This document shows, one piece after another, positions 62,950 through 64,000 of a stretch of DNA of 64,000 nt. Location of the stretch: NCBI GenBank assembly GCA_013239625.1, contig MU054212.1, positions 9,162,898 to 9,226,897 on the forward strand, written 5' to 3'. Each line of letters opens with the position of its first letter. Positions within the stretch are counted from its first letter, which is position 1. Origin of the DNA: Lama guanicoe. Lineage: Eukaryota. Made by a program: the position numbers and the translations under genes. Under the pieces are notes generated by a model. That model ran no database searches and had not been told where the DNA came from. It was given only the letters and a program-made list of their open reading frames with translations.

Positions 62950-64000
62950 CTTGTGTGCAGGCAGGCAGGCTCTCCCTATAGAAATTCCCTACCGTCTCAG
63001 CTTTGGAGAAAAGCAGCGATGTTGTCCCCTGCAGCCTTGGGGCATCAGCAGTTTTCCTGGTTGCAAATTGTGGGTCCTTTTTCTTTCACATTGTCAGAGA
63101 GGATGGGTCTCGGGTGCAGGCACTTAACATTGCGTGGAGACTAACTCTGTGGCTAGGACTGTTTAGTTTAACTGAGTGTTATGGCTTATAGCCTGATGTA
63201 GACTTAGCCAGCTGAAGACAACAGAGACACTAAACTTTTAACTCTAAGAGGGTTGACTAAATATGGCATAAAGTCTGATTTAAACAAGGCAGGACTCCAT
63301 GACCTCAGCAGAACTGGATGTAACGGAGCAATCTTGGCTGTCCAGTTCTCTGCTGGTTCTCCAAGCCTCAGGGCTCAATCGGCAGGAGCAGGCTGGTGCC
63401 ACCCCAGCTTTCCATCACATCCAGTCACCCCTGGTCCCTGAGCCATGGAAGACTGTACCGGGCAGATGGCTCAGCCGTAGATGAGTAATGTTGGTCTTAA
63501 AATATCATGACTCTGAGGATCAGGAAAACAGACTGCTCTGTCACAGCTCTGTGCTTTCCAAGCCCTGCCTGATATCACTGCTCTGTCTACATAGTGGTAT
63601 TTCCAGAGGCAATGTAACAAATATTCCCCTGCAAAATTGTGGCTCAGCACTTCATCTTGAGACCTTTTACTCTCCGAGTTATATCTCTAGCACTTTACAG
63701 ATGGTTGTCCAAACTGTGAAGTGCAGAGTGGCCGCAAGCTGAGAGGAAGTGGTCAGTATTTATAAACATTGTTTTCCAGCTTTTTTTAATCTCCTTGATG
63801 TTTGTTTGTGGCAAAAAGGCAGTGTTTTGGCTGGTCACAGTCAAACTCGAGGCCATTCAAGGAATTAAAAAGACAAGATACTTGAAACTTCAGTAAGTAC
63901 ACAGAAAATACTTATTTTGTGCATACATAGTATGCATTTGGGGAAAATAAAGTTATTTCAGTATGCTTTCAGAAAGATAAATAGCAAATGTCATTTTCCC

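Noticed and set aside
1..64000. The several hundred 60-170 aa ORFs in the six-frame track
   Set aside because: Apart from those overlapping FHOD3 exons or L1 remnants, they show no recognisable homology, often use non-ATG starts and have lengths expected by chance in mammalian introns.
1..64000. CRISPR arrays, operons, rRNA, snoRNA or miRNA genes
   Set aside because: None recognisable by eye; the DNA is mammalian. Small intronic RNAs cannot be excluded without an Rfam/Infernal search.

Overview
This is mammalian genomic DNA. Three Vic-1-type tRNA-derived SINEs point to a camelid (alpaca, llama or camel). The whole window lies inside FHOD3 (formin homology 2 domain containing 3), on the + strand. 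I read nine consecutive coding exons by eye, each with canonical AG/GT boundaries and one continuous reading frame: 616-759, 7399-7649, 26397-26489, 29236-29595, 30003-30077, 35082-35195, 52079-52213, 56474-56524 and 62210-62424. These are probably exons 9-17 in human numbering, recalled from memory. They encode the end of the GBD/FH3 region, the muscle/cardiac insert (exons 11-13) and a charged coiled-coil segment. The start codon and the FH1/FH2/DAD domains lie outside the window. The introns carry ordinary mammalian repeats (L1, L2, MIR, MER5A, MER20, MER58, MLT1/MLT2, an ERV1-type solo LTR, camelid SINEs). Nearly all entries in the ORF track are noise, and there is no prokaryote-type system. 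The most interesting signals concern splicing: a candidate in-frame 18-nt microexon 77 nt after exon 13, six consecutive symmetric phase-2 exons, a dense QKI-motif cluster after exon 12, a candidate stop-containing exon, and two CTCF-like sites next to exons. Repeat family names come from visual recognition and their boundaries are approximate.
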